DNA of 64,000 nt from a virus: the IMG/VR virus record IMGVR_UViG_3300043185_000099, positions 64,001-128,000 of that record. One strand, given 5' to 3'. Positions 63,735 to 64,000 of the stretch are shown here, piece by piece. Under the pieces are notes generated by a model. The model was not told the DNA's origin. It searched no databases and was given only the letters and a program-made list of their open reading frames with translations. How positions within the stretch are numbered: position 1 is the stretch's first letter; every line of letters begins with the position of its first letter. Both the position numbers and the translations under genes were made by a program.

Positions 63735-64000
63735 ATGACGCGGTTCCGTGTTGTGGCGCTCGTGCTCGGCCTCGCCATCGCGTGGGCCTGCAGCGACCGG
63801 ACCGTGGACGACGTGGACGAGGAGGCGCTGTGCACCGAGCGGTGCGGATGGCAGCTCGACCCGGAGTGCGGCGTCGAGGATCCGGGCTACGACAGCGTGG
63901 CCGAGTGCGTGGACGTTTGCGCCGCGGACGACGATCAGGGCTTCGCCTGGGGCGAGTGCACCGACCTCCACGTCGCCTACTACGACTGCCTCCGCGGACT
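63735..64000 (+). CDS. Cys-rich acidic lipoprotein, N-terminal part (runs off the window)
   Basis: MTRFRVVALVLGLAIAWAC signal peptide and lipobox, then C..RC...C...ECVDVC...C...YYDCL. Not in the supplied track because it has no stop inside the window. Confidence 0.7.
   Translation, partial: MTRFRVVALVLGLAIAWACSDRTVDDVDEEALCTERCGWQLDPECGVEDPGYDSVAECVDVCAADDDQGFAWGECTDLHVAYYDCLRG

Noticed and set aside
1-64000. Genome-wide TAG reassignment (code 15/16), suggested by the CUA triplet in the tRNA loop
   Set aside because: Multi-kilobase ORFs are open in the standard code, and TAG ends several genes at natural boundaries (3380, 13833, 16126, 46731, 53233).

Overview
GC-rich window. From 1 to about 59.4 kb it is one tightly packed, minus-strand morphogenesis region of a very large contractile-tailed (myovirus-type) phage or prophage. 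In transcription order (high to low coordinates) it holds a pyruvoyl-dependent SpeD-like decarboxylase, two modular polyproteins (a broken NUDIX plus two HExxH zincin domains; an SH3/DUF mosaic), tail tube, two paralogous tail-assembly-chaperone-like proteins, tape measure, two paralogous tube-initiator-like proteins, a 1786-aa hub with an inserted lytic-transglycosylase-like domain, and a gpV/gp5-like spike. These are followed by an oversized baseplate/fibre set (3640, 883, 1180, 1832, 1147 and 1064 aa proteins; gp25-like and J-like wedges) and a free-standing tandem-HNH endonuclease. I could not recognise sheath, capsid, portal or terminase genes in the window. At about 59.43 kb a large serine recombinase ends across a sequence matching a tmRNA 3' end (an att site). 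To its right are small regulators, a well-formed tRNA with an anomalous 8-nt anticodon loop (CUCUACAC), a GYF_2 membrane protein and a Cys-rich lipoprotein; the last two suggest a myxobacterial host. A recurring intergenic motif, CGGT-N7-CTAT, is a candidate phage late promoter. All functional calls come from reading motifs and gene order by eye; no database search was run.
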